Shown here: piece after piece, positions 59,994-64,000 of the stretch
Layout: each line of letters starts with the position of its first letter
How positions within the stretch are numbered: position 1 is the first letter of the stretch
DNA from: Bacteroidales bacterium
Lineage (GTDB): Bacteria > Bacteroidota > Bacteroidia > Bacteroidales > VadinHA17
Assembly: GCA_009877105.1 (NCBI GenBank)
Contig: WXFD01000024.1
Coordinates: forward strand, 8,811-72,810
Length of the DNA: 64,000 nucleotides
Direction: 5' to 3'
Notes under the pieces: model-generated
Database searches by the model: none
Told to the model about the DNA's origin: nothing
What the model saw: only the letters and a program-made list of their open reading frames with translations
Position numbers and translations under genes: made by a program

Positions 59994-60118
59994 TAACTTT
60001 ACATTTCGTCACTATTGTGGAGCATTATCCTGCTTCATTCATTTCCATGACAGGCGAACTAATTCAAAGATCCGGAAATTAAAATGGTACAAATATTGAT
60101 CTGCTATTTTTAAAAAAC

Positions 60119-60126
60119 TAATTTTG
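60119..60126 (+). promoter_or_regulatory. -7 promoter element (TAATTTTG) for secA
   Basis: Exact TAnnTTTG followed by C. Confidence 0.65.
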
Positions 60127-60160
60127 CGTCGTATTTAACGATTGCGTAACACAATTAAAA

Positions 60161-63100
60161 ATGAGTGTAATAAACAAGGTTTTAGGTCTGTTCCTCGGAA
60201 ACAAGTACGAAAGGGACATTAAAGAGATCTCGCCTTATATTGACAAAATTCACCAGGAATTTGAATTGCTTTCAGGGCTCTCAAATGATCAGTTAAGGGA
60301 TCAGACCACCTTACTCAGGGAAGAGATCCGGAAATCAATGGAATCGGACGAGAATGAAATCAGGCTCCTGAAGGAGAAGGCTGAGTCGGAGGAGGATGTT
60401 TACAAGAAAGAAGAATTCTACAATGAGATAGACAAGATTGAAAAGAGTATCAGCGAGAAAGTTGAAAAGAAACTCGATGAGCTTGTTCCCAAAGCTTTTG
60501 CAATTGTCAAGGAGACTGCCCGCCGCTTTAAGGAAAACAGTGTGCTGGAAGTTACTGCCCGTCAATATGACAGGGATCTGGCGGCAACCAGGGATAGTAT
60601 TACCGTCAAGGGAGACAAGGCGTACTGGAAAAACAGATGGATTGCCGGGGGCAATGAGATCGTCTGGGATATGGTGCATTACGATGTGCAGTTGATTGGC
60701 GGGGTTGCCCTTCATCAGGGAAAGATAGCTGAAATGGCCACCGGAGAGGGTAAGACGGTTGTTGCCACTCTGCCCGTTTTTCTTAATGCCCTTGCCGGCA
60801 GAGGCGTGCATATCGTGACCGTAAACGACTATCTTTCAAAGCGCGACTCCGAATGGATGGGCCCGATATATGAGTTTCACGGTCTGACGGTTGATTGTAT
60901 TGACAAACATTTGCCAAATTCGGCCCAAAGGAGGAATGCCTATCATGCCGACATTACATTTGGTACCAACAATGAATTCGGATTTGATTACCTGAGGGAC
61001 AATATGGCAATTAACCCCGAAGATCTCGTGCAGCGCCGTCACCATTATGCCATTGTTGACGAAGTTGACTCGGTTCTTATCGATGACGCACGTACACCTC
61101 TTATTATCTCAGGTCCGACAGCCAAAAGCGACACCAAGCAGTTTGACGAGCTTAAACCAAAGGTTGACAAACTCGTCAGTGCGCAGAAAAAACTGGTAAC
61201 ACAGATACTTGCCGATTCCAAGAGGCTTATTGCAGATAATAACACCGAAGAGGGTGGCAAATTGCTTCTGAGGGCATATAAGGGTTTGCCAAAGAACAAT
61301 GCTCTTATCAAATTCCTGAGTGAAGAGGGCAATAAGACCCTTCTGCAGAAGACTGAGAACTTCTATATGCAGAATAACAGCAAGGAAATGCCTAAAATCA
61401 CGGAAGAACTTTATTTTGTGATTGATGAAAAAGCCAATTCCATTGAGCTGACTGAAAAGGGCCTCGATCTGATATCCACTTCTGTTGAGGATGCTTCATT
61501 TTTTGTGCTTCCGGATGTTGGGTCAAAAATTGCTGATCTGGAGAAATCCGGGCTCAGCGACCGGGAAAAGTTCAGGAAAAAGGACGAACTGCTTCAGGAT
61601 TATGCCGTTAAATCTGAAAGGGTGCATACAATGTCTCAGCTTCTTAAAGCCTGGACCCTGTTTGACCGGGATGTTGAGTATGTTGTTATCGACAATAAGG
61701 TAAAAATTGTCGATGAACAGACGGGAAGGATTCTTGAGGGCCGGCGCTATTCCGACGGCCTTCACCAGGCAATAGAGGCAAAGGAAAATGTTAAAGTGGA
61801 GGAAGCCACCCAGACATATGCAACAATTACCCTGCAGAACTATTTCCGGATGTATCACAAGCTTGCAGGCATGACTGGTACTGCAGAAACTGAAGCCGGT
61901 GAGTTCTGGAATATTTATAAACTTGATGTTGTGGTAATCCCTACCAACCGTCCGGTAATAAGAAACGACCGTGAAGATCTGGTTTACAAGACAAAAAGGG
62001 AGAAGTACAATGCAGTAATTGACGAGATTGTAAGCCTGAATAAACAGGGTCGTCCGGTTCTGGTTGGAACTACCTCCGTTGAAATTTCGGAATTGCTCAG
62101 CAGGATGCTGAAGATGAAGGGGCTGAAGCATAACGTCCTTAATGCCAAGCTTCATCAGCGGGAAGCCGAGATTGTTGCGGAAGCCGGAAAATCGGGAACG
62201 ATAACGATTGCCACCAATATGGCAGGACGTGGAACTGACATTAAACTTACTCCGGAAGTTCGTGCCGCCGGCGGGCTTGCAATTATCGGAACAGAGCGTC
62301 ATGAATCAAGACGTGTTGACCGTCAGCTCAGGGGTCGGTCAGGAAGACAGGGTGATCCCGGATCATCCCAGTTCTTTGTTTCCCTCGAGGATGAGCTTAT
62401 GAGGTTGTTCGGCTCGGAACGTATTGCCGGAATTATGGATAAGCTTGGTTTAAAGGATGGGGAAATGATCCAGCATCCAATGATAACCAGGTCGATAGAA
62501 CGGGCTCAGAAGAAAGTGGAAGAGAATAACTTCGGAATCAGAAAGCGGCTTCTTGAGTACGATGATGTTATGAACTCACAGAGAGAGGTGATCTATAAGA
62601 AAAGGAGGCATGCACTTCTCGGAGAAAGGCTTTCGGTTGATGTTGCGAACATGATGTATGATGTTACTGAAAACCTTGTGGATACATACCATAGAGAAGG
62701 TGACTTTGAAAACTTCGATTTTGATCTCATACGTTCATTCTCGATGGATTCGCCAGTTCCCCAGCAGGATTATTTAAAAAGCAGTTCAGAACAGGTCACT
62801 GAGAAAGTCTATGAAAAAGTCCTTGATACTTACAAAAGGAAGGTTGAAATGATTTCACAGCAAGCCTATCCGGTAATCAGGGATGTTTATGAAAGGATGT
62901 CGCATGCATATGAAAATGTTGTTGTTCCTATTTCTGACGGATACAGGGTGTTCCAGGTGGTGACCCATCTCAAAACAACTGCTGAAACGGAAGGGCGGGA
63001 ACTGGCCCGGGCATATGAAAAAACCGTTGTACTGGCAACTATTGACGATGCCTGGAAAGAACACCTGAGAGAAATGGATGAACTTAAGCAGTCGGTGCAG

Positions 63101-63481
63101 AATGCCACCTATGAACAGAAGGATCCCCTGCTTATTTACAAGTTCGAATCATTTGAGCTTTTTAAGACAATGATTGCCAAGGTAAATAAGGATGTTGTGA
63201 GTACTCTCATGAAAGGTCATATTCCCACCCAGGATCCTGAGCAGGTAAAGGAAGCCCAGCGCAGGCGGCAGGTGGACATGAGCAAGCTGAGGACGTCAAA
63301 AAGCGACTTCTCGCAATACAGCAGCACGGGAGGAAGCGGCCAGGATAAAAATCAGAAGGTTGAACCTGTTCGTGTTGAGAAAAAAGTAGGCCGCAATGAT
63401 CCATGTCCTTGCGGAAGCGGAAAAAAGTACAAACAATGTCACGGAAGCCAGCAGCCTGTATCCCAGGGTTTAAGGGTATAA
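60161..63481 (+). CDS. secA: Protein translocase subunit SecA
   Basis: [36 protein letters not shown]; [17 protein letters not shown]. Confidence 0.99.
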   Translation: MSVINKVLGLFLGNKYERDIKEISPYIDKIHQEFELLSGLSNDQLRDQTTLLREEIRKSMESDENEIRLLKEKAESEEDVYKKEEFYNEIDKIEKSISEKVEKKLDELVPKAFAIVKETARRFKENSVLEVTARQYDRDLAATRDSITVKGDKAYWKNRWIAGGNEIVWDMVHYDVQLIGGVALHQGKIAEMATGEGKTVVATLPVFLNALAGRGVHIVTVNDYLSKRDSEWMGPIYEFHGLTVDCIDKHLPNSAQRRNAYHADITFGTNNEFGFDYLRDNMAINPEDLVQRRHHYAIVDEVDSVLIDDARTPLIISGPTAKSDTKQFDELKPKVDKLVSAQKKLVTQILADSKRLIADNNTEEGGKLLLRAYKGLPKNNALIKFLSEEGNKTLLQKTENFYMQNNSKEMPKITEELYFVIDEKANSIELTEKGLDLISTSVEDASFFVLPDVGSKIADLEKSGLSDREKFRKKDELLQDYAVKSERVHTMSQLLKAWTLFDRDVEYVVIDNKVKIVDEQTGRILEGRRYSDGLHQAIEAKENVKVEEATQTYATITLQNYFRMYHKLAGMTGTAETEAGEFWNIYKLDVVVIPTNRPVIRNDREDLVYKTKREKYNAVIDEIVSLNKQGRPVLVGTTSVEISELLSRMLKMKGLKHNVLNAKLHQREAEIVAEAGKSGTITIATNMAGRGTDIKLTPEVRAAGGLAIIGTERHESRRVDRQLRGRSGRQGDPGSSQFFVSLEDELMRLFGSERIAGIMDKLGLKDGEMIQHPMITRSIERAQKKVEENNFGIRKRLLEYDDVMNSQREVIYKKRRHALLGERLSVDVANMMYDVTENLVDTYHREGDFENFDFDLIRSFSMDSPVPQQDYLKSSSEQVTEKVYEKVLDTYKRKVEMISQQAYPVIRDVYERMSHAYENVVVPISDGYRVFQVVTHLKTTAETEGRELARAYEKTVVLATIDDAWKEHLREMDELKQSVQNATYEQKDPLLIYKFESFELFKTMIAKVNKDVVSTLMKGHIPTQDPEQVKEAQRRRQVDMSKLRTSKSDFSQYSSTGGSGQDKNQKVEPVRVEKKVGRNDPCPCGSGKKYKQCHGSQQPVSQGLRV

Positions 63482-63487
63482 GATCAA

Positions 63488-64000
63488 TCACTGTTTGTTA
63501 AAGTCCTCAACTGCCTTCTGGATCCTGCTCATCAGCGGCCTGCTGACAGGAACCAGCGGAAGCCTCAGGACGTTGTGCGAAAGGTTAAGGGTACTCAGCA
63601 TTGCCTTTATCCCCGATGGATTTCCTTCGGCAAAGCAAAGATCGATCAGTTCAACCAAACGGAAATGATGTTCCCTTGCAGTTCTGAAATTACTTTTCAG
63701 GGCGTGACCGATCATTTCACTGCATTGCGACGGGAAAGCATTGGCAAGAACCGATATTACACCCGATCCTCCCAGTGAAATAATGGGAATTGAAAGCATA
63801 TCATCGCCCGAAAGCAGGACAAAATTCTCCGGTTTCCCCTTGATTATTTTAGTTACCAGCGACATATCGCCTGACGACTCCTTTATCCCTGCTATGTTTT
63901 CGCATTCGTGAGCCAGCTCGAGACATGTTTCAGCTGACATGCTGCAACTGGTCCTGCCGGGGACATTATAAAGTATAACCGGAACAGGGCTGCATGCGGC
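63488..64000 (-). CDS. dapA: 4-hydroxy-tetrahydrodipicolinate synthase, 5'-partial
   Basis: Frame open to the window edge: ILYNVPGRT...GIKESSG, LSGDD, GVISV, NP..IK and RLPL. Confidence 0.93.
   Translation of the reverse strand, partial: AACSPVPVILYNVPGRTSCSMSAETCLELAHECENIAGIKESSGDMSLVTKIIKGKPENFVLLSGDDMLSIPIISLGGSGVISVLANAFPSQCSEMIGHALKSNFRTAREHHFRLVELIDLCFAEGNPSGIKAMLSTLNLSHNVLRLPLVPVSRPLMSRIQKAVEDFNKQ

Noticed and set aside
61523-62302. 259-aa antisense ORF
   Set aside because: Lies entirely opposite secA with no recognisable motifs; a typical shadow ORF

Overview
This looks like a core chromosomal segment of a Bacteroidota bacterium, probably an anaerobic Bacteroidales. Support: TAnnTTTG -7 promoters, a T9SS C-terminal domain, a 1106-aa SecA and the lptD-amidase-mlaD-dnaA arrangement. 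About 46 CDS are densely packed. They include a peptidoglycan/amino-sugar salvage cluster (NagZ-AmiE fusion, NagX-like, AmgK-like, MurU-like), trkH, the carboxyspermidine genes, mnmA, addA / radical SAM / addB, ribH, recF-dciA, ndk, nrnA, galK, dnaA, rpsF-rpsR-rplI, dnaX, ferritin, secA and a partial dapA. An accessory-looking block at about 23.8-37.2 kb holds two M28 peptidases, a Tat-exported Rid protein, a Tat-exported AGE epimerase, a ModF-like ATPase, two flavoproteins, an atypical GH3 and an unannotated transglutaminase-like protein. I recognised no rRNA, tRNA, CRISPR array, transposase or integrase by eye. Best leads: (1) a GH3 whose nucleophile motif reads SE instead of SD and whose KHF motif reads CHY; (2) the divergent Tat-Rid/Tat-AGE pair with phased operator-like repeats; (3) a 582-aa protein with tandem active and dead transglutaminase-like motifs; (4) an A10 slippage site in dnaX with early stops in both shifted frames; (5) a sensorless histidine kinase upstream of receiver, ferritin and a T9SS protease; (6) a putative GH-like/FGE-fold fusion next to galK. 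All calls come from motif recognition only; no database searches were run.
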